From positions 2,163-66,162 of the forward strand of contig DKSD01000011.1 of NCBI GenBank assembly GCA_002473165.1: a DNA stretch of 64,000 bases, read 5' to 3'. This document shows positions 10,188 to 20,498 of this stretch, piece after piece. The position numbers and the translations under genes are program-made. The number at the start of each line of letters is the position of its first letter. The first letter of the stretch is position 1. The notes beneath the pieces are model-generated. The model had not been told where the DNA came from. It saw nothing but the letters and a program-made list of their open reading frames with translations, and did no database searches. The DNA is from Succinatimonas sp. UBA7265 (GTDB lineage: Bacteria > Pseudomonadota > Gammaproteobacteria > Enterobacterales > Succinivibrionaceae).

Positions 10188-10986
10188 AAAGGCGCAGATC
10201 CTCATCTTTAAACACGTTAAACACGACGCGATCCAGAGAGCCCGGATGTTCCTCAAGCCAGCCGGTGACCGCGTTTACAGCAACGGAGGCTGCAAGAGCG
10301 TTGGGAAAGGCGAACACCCCGGTTGAGATGCAGCAGAAGACCACGCTCTTAAAGGCATGTTTGCGGCACGCTTCGAGCACGTTCAAATAACACTCGCGCA
10401 GCTGCCGCTCAAGCAGCGGCGTCACACCGGCGGCGGCGATCGGCCCTGCCACATGGATGACGTGGCGCGCCGGCAGGTTATAGCCCTTCGTAACCAGCGG
10501 CACGGCAACCGGCTGCGCGTAATCCTCGCCGTGCTCGGCGCGCAGGCGCTGCATCTGCTCCCGGCACTCAAGGCGCAGCTGCACACCGGCAAAGGTATGG
10601 ATCTGGTTGTCGATGCAGCGGTGCATGGGCACGAAACAGCCGAGCATCTGATCGTTGGCGGCGTTGACGATGGCATCGGTTTCAAGAACGGTGATGTCAC
10701 CCTGCCACAGGCAGATGCGCTCCGCCTGAGAAAGCCGGCTGCCCAAGGACTCTTTGATGCAAGGCAGCGCCATGGCGTTAACTATGCCTTTCTCGCGCGC
10801 CCGCTGCCTCAGGTAATCGTCCTGGATCTTAAGCAGCCGGGGAGGCAGCGGCGCGGGCGGGCGCACGTTCACAAGCGAGCGCGCCAGCGTGCGCAGATCA
10901 AGCCCCGGCGCGATCTCAGCCGGATCTGCCCCGCGCTCTTTAGCCAGAGCATCGCAGAGAATTTTCAGGCTGCTTTCTTCATCCAC
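10168..10986 (-). CDS. Macrodomain protein (protein-ADP-ribose hydrolase type)
   Basis: 'WQGDITVLETDAIVNAANDQMLGC' and 'VIHVAGP'...'ISTGVFAFP' are macro-fold ADP-ribose-binding motifs. An approx. 95-aa N-terminal extension is present. Confidence 0.85.
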   Translation of the reverse strand: MDEESSLKILCDALAKERGADPAEIAPGLDLRTLARSLVNVRPPAPLPPRLLKIQDDYLRQRAREKGIVNAMALPCIKESLGSRLSQAERICLWQGDITVLETDAIVNAANDQMLGCFVPMHRCIDNQIHTFAGVQLRLECREQMQRLRAEHGEDYAQPVAVPLVTKGYNLPARHVIHVAGPIAAAGVTPLLERQLRECYLNVLEACRKHAFKSVVFCCISTGVFAFPNALAASVAVNAVTGWLEEHPGSLDRVVFNVFKDEDLRLYEKLLA

Positions 10987-11148
10987 GGCAATGCCTCCGC
11001 TATCTGCTTAAGCTGATTATAGCCGCGCGGCGGGAAACCCCTGACGCACACAGGTTTCATCCGCCGCCCGGCCAAGGTTAAGGCGCGCTGCGGGCCGAGG
11101 CGACGGCGTCATATCCCGGCCGAGGTTACGCGTCCGCCCCGGTTTTCG

Positions 11149-11397
11149 TCACCATTCCAAATCACTGCCTGGATCTTTACTCCCGCGCGGCTGGATCCTG
11201 ACCTGAAGGTTCAAGGCCGCCATGATCTTAAAAAATGTCCGAAGTTTCGTGGTGTCAGGATCATTTTCAAAATTGGACACGGTTGCCTGGCGCAACCCCA
11301 CGCATTCAGCCAGTTCAGCCTGCGTGATCTTTTTCTCCTGCCTCAGGAGGCACAAATAACTGCTCAGCTGCCTGGCGCTGGTGATTACCGGGTCCAT
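11149..11397 (-). CDS. XRE/HipB-like helix-turn-helix transcriptional regulator (orphan)
   Basis: 'ITQAELAECVGLRQATVSNFENDP' is an HTH_3 motif. No toxin-like partner ORF lies on either side. Confidence 0.8.
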   Translation of the reverse strand: MDPVITSARQLSSYLCLLRQEKKITQAELAECVGLRQATVSNFENDPDTTKLRTFFKIMAALNLQVRIQPRGSKDPGSDLEW

Positions 11398-11439
11398 ATT
11401 AAAGATCCCCTGAAAACTCTGTAAAACCAAGAATATTAT

Positions 11440-11507
11440 ACGCTATAACGAATTTACGGACGAATATACTCTTTAAGGTATTTCAATCTTCAAATCAGTT
11501 ATAGCGT
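11440..11507. promoter_or_regulatory. Perfect 10-bp inverted repeat (acgctataac / gttatagcgt) upstream of the XRE gene; candidate operator
   Basis: The arms are at 11440-11449 and 11498-11507, in the AT-rich gap between the XRE start (11397) and tRNA-Thr. Confidence 0.4.
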
Positions 11508-11552
11508 TTTAAACCGGGAATGACGGAGAGATATCTTGGCGGGGCGCTGAAA

Positions 11553-11628
11553 TGGTGCTGGAAACAGGAATCGAACCTGCGACCCCCTGGTTACGAATCA
11601 GGTGCTCTACCTACTGAGCTATTCCAGC
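11553..11628 (-). tRNA. tRNA-Thr, anticodon CGT
   Basis: Manual cloverleaf, 76 nt. Acceptor gctggaa/ttccagc; U8-A9; D-arm gctc-agtaggta-gagc; anticodon loop ttCGTaa; T-arm gcagg-ttcgatt-cctgt; discriminator A plus encoded CCA. Confidence 0.9.
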
Positions 11629-11732
11629 ACTGACAGCGGCGCTATTGTAGCAAAAAGATTTGGCAAATTGTATACACTTTAAGCTTTCGTTAAGATCTTC
11701 TCATCTGATTTCGCTTTTGGCAGCTTTTATCC

Positions 11733-12110
11733 ATGGATCCTTTCTCAAAAGTCTTTGCCTGCGCCTGCGCGCTGGCTGCCTGGTGGGTGATGGCGATGTA
11801 CGCCTACCCTGCCCTGCCTGAAAGCGCGATGCGCGTTGCGGTGCTGGGTGCTGCAAGTGCTGTATTGCTGTGGGACGGCTGGCAGATGAACCGCGCCGGA
11901 CGGCGCTATGCCGTGACGTTTACCTGGTCGCTGGCTCTGGCCTGCTGGGCCTTTTACGCCGAGGTGCATTACCTTTTGGACGGGCCGGGCGATCCGCGCA
12001 TGGTTCACGCCGTTACCGTCTACAACCTCTTCAGGTACGCCCTGCTGCTTTTCACGCTTATCATCTTGATAAAAGACCTGATATTATCGATTAAAAATTT
12101 TCGCAGCTGA
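11733..12110 (+). CDS. Hypothetical small integral membrane protein (about 4 TM segments)
   Basis: Hydrophobic segments separated by short loops; no recognisable family. Confidence 0.5.
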   Translation: MDPFSKVFACACALAAWWVMAMYAYPALPESAMRVAVLGAASAVLLWDGWQMNRAGRRYAVTFTWSLALACWAFYAEVHYLLDGPGDPRMVHAVTVYNLFRYALLLFTLIILIKDLILSIKNFRS

Positions 12111-12210
12111 TTCAGCCAGATATTCTGACATCTCAGATTTGCACGGATCTGCGGATTTTTCAAAAATCGTTTAGGCATACTGACGCCCCGTTAACCATAC
12201 GAGGCATCAC

Positions 12211-13686
12211 ATGCACACGAAACAAATCTTAAAAACCGCCGCGGCAGCGGCGCTCACGGCCTGCCTGCAGGCTCAGGCGCTCGAGCTCAAAGGCGTCAAT
12301 GTCACCTCCAAAGCCCCGCTCTCCAAGACGCTTATTGAAGAGAGCATCCGCCCGATGCTGGGCAAAACCATCGACGCCACCTTGCTCCAGCAGGTGCTCG
12401 ATCAGGTAAACCGCACCTACCGCGAGCACGGCTACCCGACCTCGCACGCCTATATCCCCGAGCAGGTCTCAGCAAACGGCATCATTCACATCGCCGTGCT
12501 CTCGCCGCGCCTTGAGCGCATCGAACTTGAGAACCGCGCCGGGCTCAAACACGCGGCGGCTCAGCGCCTGTTTAAATCCGTGCTGGCCCAAAAGGGCAGC
12601 GCGGCCAACACTGATGAACTCAACTCCGATCTGTTAAAGCTTCAGGATCTGGGGATCTTCACCGTAAGCGGCGGCTATACCGACGGCCGCCGCGATGACG
12701 GCGCTGTGCTCACGTTAAGCGCCCTCCAGAGATCGCGCACGCCCTTTAGGATCTTCACGGACAACCACGGCACGAAGGCCGCCGGCATCTGGCGCCTGGG
12801 CGCGACCGGCGCGGTGCGCAACCTCACAGGCAACGCCGATACGCTCTCCTGGCTTGCCGCAGTCTCAGACGAAGGCCAGGCCGACGGGGCTTTGGGGTAC
12901 AGCATCCCGCTCAACTCCCATCCCACAGTGCTTTCCGCCGAGCTCTCCGCGGGGCGCTATGAACTGGGCGATGACTATGAGGCCTTAGGCGCCCGCGGCC
13001 ACTCGTTTTCAGGCGAACTGGCTCTTGAGGAGCCGCTGTACCGCTCCCCTGCCTTGCGCCTGAGCGTGCAAGGAAGCTTCCGCCACCGCATCCTTGAGGA
13101 TCGCTTCAGCGCTTTCGATCTCACGCTCAAGAAAAACGAGGACTCAGGCTGTGTGAAATTAAAAGGCGGCGCTTTCAGCGACACCGTAAGCTCGGACTTC
13201 TCCTTAAGCGTGCGCCGCGGCAGGCTCAGCCACCGCGATGACTGGTATGAGGATGAGAGCGCTGATTTCACCATTGCCTCATTTGACGGCACGCTGGCCG
13301 CCGCCATCAGCAAGGAACTCTCGGCCTCGGCGGCGCTCTCGCTTCAGCACAGCGCCGATCCGCTTGAAGGCGAGAACCGCTTCGCAGGCGGCGGCGCCAC
13401 CCGCGTCGCGGCCTACCGCAGCGGCCTTGCAGGCGACAGCGGCGCCTACGCCGGGGCGAGGCTCGAATGGCGCCCGGATCGCGAGTTTGCCTTAGGCCCC
13501 AGCGCCGACTTTGCCAGAGTGGCAAACCGCGGCGGCGAGAGCGCGAGCTTAAAAGATCTCGGCGTGTTCTTTGAGTACAGCGGCAAACACTTCTTTGCAG
13601 GCTTCAACCTGCTCTCGGCGTTAAGCCCCGTCGACGGCGCCGATCGCGCCTCCGCCCTCATCACCTTTGGTTACCAGCACTCTTAA
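12211..13686 (+). CDS. ShlB/FhaC/HecB-family two-partner-secretion outer-membrane transporter (TpsB)
   Basis: Signal peptide, a POTRA-like N-terminus ('IHIAVLSPRLERIELEN'), and 'FTDNHGTKAAGIWRLG...NLTGNADTL' typical of TpsB. GAGG RBS. Sits immediately upstream of a TPS-domain gene. Confidence 0.8.
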   Translation: MHTKQILKTAAAAALTACLQAQALELKGVNVTSKAPLSKTLIEESIRPMLGKTIDATLLQQVLDQVNRTYREHGYPTSHAYIPEQVSANGIIHIAVLSPRLERIELENRAGLKHAAAQRLFKSVLAQKGSAANTDELNSDLLKLQDLGIFTVSGGYTDGRRDDGAVLTLSALQRSRTPFRIFTDNHGTKAAGIWRLGATGAVRNLTGNADTLSWLAAVSDEGQADGALGYSIPLNSHPTVLSAELSAGRYELGDDYEALGARGHSFSGELALEEPLYRSPALRLSVQGSFRHRILEDRFSAFDLTLKKNEDSGCVKLKGGAFSDTVSSDFSLSVRRGRLSHRDDWYEDESADFTIASFDGTLAAAISKELSASAALSLQHSADPLEGENRFAGGGATRVAAYRSGLAGDSGAYAGARLEWRPDREFALGPSADFARVANRGGESASLKDLGVFFEYSGKHFFAGFNLLSALSPVDGADRASALITFGYQHS

Positions 13687-13696
13687 GGAACAGCGT

Positions 13697-15760
13697 ATGC
13701 ACAGCATCAGAATCACCTCCCTGGCCCTCTCCGTCCTCGCCTGCCTTGAAGCCGGCGCCGCCTCCCTGCCCGTGTTGCAGGAGAAGGGAGATCATATAAA
13801 AATCACTTCAGCCAATGAACGAGTCATGACCATCACCTCGTCGCAAAAGAACAACCTCATCAAATGGCGCTCCTTCGATGTCGCCAAGGATGCCCACGTC
13901 TTCTTTGACGATCGCAATTACCTGAACCTGGTAACCGGCGGCAAGAGAAGCCTCATTGATGGAACAATCGAATCTTTCGGCAACCTTTATATCGTTAACC
14001 CAGCCGGCATCCGTGCCGGGGTAAACTCCGTGATCAACGCAGGCCGCCTTGGCCTCATCACCTCGCCGGTAAGCCAGGAAATGCTCGACGGCTTCAAGGC
14101 GCGCGGCGTCATAGAGGCTCCTCCGGGCGCAGGCCTGGGGCGCGTGCAGCTTTTAGGCGAGATCAAGGCCGAAAACCTCATCGCCGACGGCTCGCAGGTG
14201 ATCATCCGCGACATCTCAAAGATCCGCTCGACCTCAGGCGATCCGTTAAACAACCGCAGCGCCGGGCGCGTGCAGCTCTCCTCCTCGTCCTCGCGTATCG
14301 ACATCGGAGGGGCGACGTACGCCGGGCTTGAAAGCGACTACGGCTTAAAAGCCCCTGAGGTGATCTCCCATGCAGGGCAAAAAGCCGTTTCCTCAAAAGA
14401 CGAGTTTTTGGCCATGCAGGCTGAGGAGAGCTACTGGCTTACGGACGATCTCGACCTGGGCGTGCTTGAAAAGCCGCTCATGGACGGTGAAGCGTTCAAA
14501 GGCAGCCTTGACGGCGCGTTTAACAAGGTTGCTTTCAGCTTAAACGACACGCGCACGGACAGCGAATTGAGCATCGGGCTGTTCTCGGCTGTAAAAGGCG
14601 CGCAGATAAAGGATCTCGCGCTTGAGGGCAGCATTGCCTCGGATGCAGGCTGGAATTCGACAGCCGGCGTGCTGGCAGGGACCATAGCCTCGGGAGTGCT
14701 TGATCATGTGGAGATCCGCAATTCTGATGTCACCTGGACGCGGCGCTCCTCAGGCCGCAGCGCCGGAGGCCTTGCCGGCACGGCATCTGGCGAGGTGACG
14801 CTAAACGCGGTATCCGCGGTGACCGGCTCCGGGCTTGCAGACGCGCTCGCAGCAGACAGCGACAGCAAGGCCGGGGCGCTGTTCGGCGCATTTTCAGGAA
14901 AACTCGACGCCTCCGGGCTCAGCTTTGCAAAGGCTGAAGGCCTTAGCGATCTCACCGGCAACGGCGCTAAGATCCCGCTTTTTTATGAAAACGAGGAGCA
15001 GGCGTTCGCCTCTTTGACTGATAAGGAGCGCTCAGGCTACGCCCTGGTATCAGGCCATTACTCGGACACGCGCTTTTATGATCGCTTCGTTGTAAAGAAT
15101 TTCAAAGTTGCGGAGGGCTCATATGAGAGCTGGGCCGATCTGGCCTCCGGCCCGGACTTTGACCCGGGGGATTATTTTGGCATCACCGAGATCCCTCAAA
15201 AATCCGATCTCTACGAGACGCACTACCGCATCACGCAGCAGCAAGATCTTGAAGAGGCGCGCGCTGACGGCGCGCTGCGCCGCCAGGTGATCTTTGAGAG
15301 CGCGGACGCGGACGGCAGCACGACGCTGAGCGCTGAGGGCGAGGCGATCGTCTGGCGCGGCGAGCGCCCGGCGCCGGAGCCGGAACCTGAGCCCGATCCG
15401 CAGCCCGAACCGGCACCGGATCCCGATCCTGCCCCGGATCCGCAGCCCGCGCCTGATCCTGAGCCGTCACCGGACCCCGCGCCCGCTCCGTCACCGGCAC
15501 CGCAGCCACACCATTACGCTGACGATCACAGCGGAGATCATTACGCGGATCACGCAAGGCGCAGCTCCTCAGAACGGGATCCCTCGCTGCGCGATCACAC
15601 GAGCCGCTACGATCTGCCGCTCATCCGGGTCTACTCAGGCAAGGCTGTGTTAAAGGCCCCGGCGCTGCGCCCTTCGCTGCTCGCTCAGGCCCGCCAGGCC
15701 GTGGCGCGGGTGTACGCGGCGCTTAACACGCTCCCCGGGCAGGAGAAACTGCCTGCCTGA
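13697..15760 (+). CDS. Two-partner-secretion exoprotein (TpsA): TPS domain, GLUG-like repeats, Pro-rich linker, His/Asp-rich tail
   Basis: Signal peptide. TPS motifs 'NLIKWRSFDV' and 'LYIVNPAGIRAG'. 'FKGSLDG...IGLFSAV...AGGLAGT' is GLUG-like. 'PAPEPEPEPDPQPEPAPDPDPAPDPQPAPDPEPSPDPAPAPSPAPQP'. The ATG at 13697 has AAGGA upstream. Confidence 0.8.
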   Translation: MHSIRITSLALSVLACLEAGAASLPVLQEKGDHIKITSANERVMTITSSQKNNLIKWRSFDVAKDAHVFFDDRNYLNLVTGGKRSLIDGTIESFGNLYIVNPAGIRAGVNSVINAGRLGLITSPVSQEMLDGFKARGVIEAPPGAGLGRVQLLGEIKAENLIADGSQVIIRDISKIRSTSGDPLNNRSAGRVQLSSSSSRIDIGGATYAGLESDYGLKAPEVISHAGQKAVSSKDEFLAMQAEESYWLTDDLDLGVLEKPLMDGEAFKGSLDGAFNKVAFSLNDTRTDSELSIGLFSAVKGAQIKDLALEGSIASDAGWNSTAGVLAGTIASGVLDHVEIRNSDVTWTRRSSGRSAGGLAGTASGEVTLNAVSAVTGSGLADALAADSDSKAGALFGAFSGKLDASGLSFAKAEGLSDLTGNGAKIPLFYENEEQAFASLTDKERSGYALVSGHYSDTRFYDRFVVKNFKVAEGSYESWADLASGPDFDPGDYFGITEIPQKSDLYETHYRITQQQDLEEARADGALRRQVIFESADADGSTTLSAEGEAIVWRGERPAPEPEPEPDPQPEPAPDPDPAPDPQPAPDPEPSPDPAPAPSPAPQPHHYADDHSGDHYADHARRSSSERDPSLRDHTSRYDLPLIRVYSGKAVLKAPALRPSLLAQARQAVARVYAALNTLPGQEKLPA
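15370..15510 (+). repeat. Imperfect in-frame codon repeats encoding the (P-x)n linker of TpsA
   Basis: Recurrent ccggatccgcagccc / ccngancc units encoding PEP/PDP/PAP. Confidence 0.6.
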
Positions 15761-16789
15761 TCAGTAAGCCTTGGGAGGCGGGTTGTCTTTGTCAAAGAAG
15801 TATTTCTTGTTGTCAAAGGAGCCGCGATCCTCGGTCTTAAACGATCCGGCGTTATAGATGCTGCCGCGGTTTACCGCGGCGGCTTCGTTTTTAATGAGCA
15901 CGGAGCCTGACTCAAAGATCTTAAAGCCGTTCGTGTTCTCAAAGACGCTGTGATCGGCGGCGGTAAAATCGCCTTTTACCGTCGTCACATGGCCGTTGGA
16001 GAAACTCGCCCCGCCGCCTAAAAGCAGCTGCCCGGGCTCCTCGATATTCAGGATCCCTAAATTTTGCAGCGTGCAGGTGCCCTCAAGGCTCACCCGCCCC
16101 CTGATGTCGGCGTTCTTGCGGTTTGAAAACAGCGTCGTGCCGGAAAGCGCGAGCGCGCTGCCCTCCCCCACGATGAGCCTTGAGGCATTCGACACCCGCC
16201 CGGCCCCTGAGGCCAGGATGCGCGAACCGGCCGCAAGCTCGAGCGTGCCGCGGTTTTCGATCCTCCCGCCTTTGGAGCTTATGATCGCGTTGTCAAGCAC
16301 GCTGCGGGCGTTAAGCTTTAACAGCGCCGAGTATTCCAAATTTAAGAGCGCGTGCGGATAGGCCTGCAAAAGCCCCATGGAACTGAGCGTCGCCGAGCGG
16401 CTTAGCGTCGTGCGGCTGTCCTCTTTTAGATGCAGCGTCCCCTGGTTATTGAGCGCGCCCATCGGCTCTAGATTTAGCACCCCGCCTTTGGCGATGACGA
16501 GCTCGCCGCGCACGGTGATCTCCCCGCCTTTGAGCGCGCTGAGCTCCGCTCCCGCTTCAAGGCGCGCCCCGTTTTTGATGATGAGCCGCCCCTGCACCTC
16601 AAGCGGAGCATTAAGCGTCCCGGATCCCTGGTATTCTATGCAGCGGCCGCGGCCGATCCTGCCGTTTAAGGGGGTGAGATCCTGCACGCCCTCGCAGCTT
16701 TCTGCGCACGCGGGGGCTGCGGCAAATGCCGTGAAAAACGCGCCCGCAAGGGCCAGCGCGGTGATGGATGATTTAAAACACACGTTCAT
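15761..16789 (-). CDS. Secreted repeat protein, predicted parallel beta-helix (passenger-like, no barrel or anchor)
   Basis: Signal peptide MNVCFKSSITALALAGAFFTAFAAAPACA. Recurrent 'N.G.L.L' turns occur every 20-25 aa (NNQGTLHL, ENRGTLEL, QNLGILNI, VNRGSIYN). Confidence 0.6.
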   Translation of the reverse strand: MNVCFKSSITALALAGAFFTAFAAAPACAESCEGVQDLTPLNGRIGRGRCIEYQGSGTLNAPLEVQGRLIIKNGARLEAGAELSALKGGEITVRGELVIAKGGVLNLEPMGALNNQGTLHLKEDSRTTLSRSATLSSMGLLQAYPHALLNLEYSALLKLNARSVLDNAIISSKGGRIENRGTLELAAGSRILASGAGRVSNASRLIVGEGSALALSGTTLFSNRKNADIRGRVSLEGTCTLQNLGILNIEEPGQLLLGGGASFSNGHVTTVKGDFTAADHSVFENTNGFKIFESGSVLIKNEAAAVNRGSIYNAGSFKTEDRGSFDNKKYFFDKDNPPPKAY

Positions 16790-17006
16790 AGCCTGATCTT
16801 AGATGAATGGGCTCCCGCCTTTTACTGCGGCGCTCACACAAGCGCACTTCCGCCCATACTGTACTATAATGTCTGTATCAGTCCGCGCGCGATCTGATTT
16901 TCCGCATTTGCATGTTTCAGACCTGACCTGGATTGATTTTCTTAACAAAAAGTAAACGCTTACAGTTTCCGCGGCGCGGGAACTTCAGACACGCAGGCTT
17001 TAGATC

Positions 17007-17984
17007 ATGACGAAACTTTCAGGCGTCGCGCTGATCGGCGACATCGGCGGCACCAATGCCCGCCTGGCACTGTGCAACCTCGCGGACGGCACTCTTTCCA
17101 CCCCTATCATCTACTCGGCTGTGGAGAATCCTTCGCTTGAGGAGGTGATCCTCAGATTCAAAAAAGACTGCGGCCAGGAGTTCAGCGTCGGCTGCATCGC
17201 GATCGCCTGCCCGATCACCGGCGATCACGTCAAGATGACGAACAACCCCTGGGAGTTCTCGATCCGCGAGCTCAAAGAGCACACCGGCCTGGAGAAACTG
17301 CTCGTCATCAACGATTTCACCGCCATGTCCATGTCCGTGCCGGTGCTCGACGAAAAAGATCTGGTAAAGGTTGGCGGCGGAGAGCGCGATCGCCGCGCCC
17401 CGGTGGCCATCTACGGCGCCGGCACCGGATTAGGCGTAGGCCACCTCGTCCATGTGGGCGACAAATGGCTGGCGCTCCCGGGCGAAGGCGGCCATGTCGA
17501 CATGGCCCCGGCCAACTCCGAGGAAGATGAGATCCTCCTTACGCTGCGCAAGCGCTTTGGCCACGTCTCCTATGAGCGCGTGCTCTCAGGCCCGGGCCTT
17601 GTGAACATCTACGAGGCGATCTCCGGGGCGCACGGCCGCACCAAAAGCGGCATGACCCCGGCTGATGTTACCGGAAACGCTGTGTCGGCCAATCCTGATC
17701 CTGACTGCGCCCGGACGCTTAAGATCTTCTGCTCCATGATGGGATCTTTTGGCGGCAACCTCGCGCTGACCATGGGAACCTACGGCGGCGTCTTTATCGC
17801 AGGCGGCGTCGTGCCCCACTTCCTTGACTATTTCTTAAAATCCGACTTCCGCCGCTCCTTTGAGGACAAGGGCCGCTTCAACGGCCTGCTTGCCAAGGTG
17901 CCGGTGTATGTCGTAACCGACAAGCTCGCCGGGCTGCGCGGCTCAGGCGCCGCGATCCGCCAGGAGATGGGCGCCGTGCTCTGA
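17007..17984 (+). CDS. glk: Glucokinase
   Basis: 'ALIGDIGGTNARLALC' and 'LPGEGGHVDMAP' are Glk-family signatures. Confidence 0.93.
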   Translation: MTKLSGVALIGDIGGTNARLALCNLADGTLSTPIIYSAVENPSLEEVILRFKKDCGQEFSVGCIAIACPITGDHVKMTNNPWEFSIRELKEHTGLEKLLVINDFTAMSMSVPVLDEKDLVKVGGGERDRRAPVAIYGAGTGLGVGHLVHVGDKWLALPGEGGHVDMAPANSEEDEILLTLRKRFGHVSYERVLSGPGLVNIYEAISGAHGRTKSGMTPADVTGNAVSANPDPDCARTLKIFCSMMGSFGGNLALTMGTYGGVFIAGGVVPHFLDYFLKSDFRRSFEDKGRFNGLLAKVPVYVVTDKLAGLRGSGAAIRQEMGAVL

Positions 17985-18000
17985 GGCCGGTCTCTAAAGC

Positions 18001-18032
18001 GCAAGGCCGCCGTCAGGCGGCCTTGCTGTTTT
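18001..18032 (+). terminator. Rho-independent terminator of glk
   Basis: gcaaggccgcc-gtca-ggcggccttgc followed by tgtttt. Confidence 0.8.
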
Positions 18033-18040
18033 AAGGCATG

Positions 18041-18074
18041 AAAAAATCCCGGCCTGGGAGCGCCAGACCGGGAT
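18041..18074 (-). terminator. Rho-independent terminator of rpoD
   Basis: Minus strand: atcccggtctgg-cgctc-ccaggccgggat followed by tttttt. Confidence 0.8.
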
Positions 18075-18089
18075 CTTCAAGCTTAAAGC

Positions 18090-20114
<2,025 letters not shown>

Positions 20115-20456
20115 GTAATATTTGGTCCCGGACCTAAGTCGTGGTTGCTGCAATAAAGCCGCGCAGGCGGCCATTGCGGTTTTTTTGAGCGTCAGCCGTT
20201 ACGGGATTGCCCGCGCATGTGGTGAGGCTGCGCCTCACTGCCACAGTCATCGGCTCTTAAAGCTCGCAATTTAAGCCAATAATCTGGCTTTTTTATAGTA
20301 ACTTTCGGAAAAGCCGGCATTAATCTTTAAAAACGTATGAAGATCTCTGCGCTTTTCCTAAAAACGCCGCGGGCAGCTTGCGCTGCCTTAGGTGTCTTTT
20401 AAGGCGGAAACACCGCCCCAACTTATTATTTATAGGGCAAGTTAAGCCAATTTCAA

Positions 20457-20481
20457 GGGCGCGGCCCAAAAGCGCGCGCCC
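20457..20481 (-). terminator. Possible terminator hairpin after yebC
   Basis: gggcgcg / cgcgccc stem with an 11-nt loop. The T-tract is weak. Confidence 0.35.
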
Positions 20482-20498
20482 TGCCCTTTTGTGAAGAT

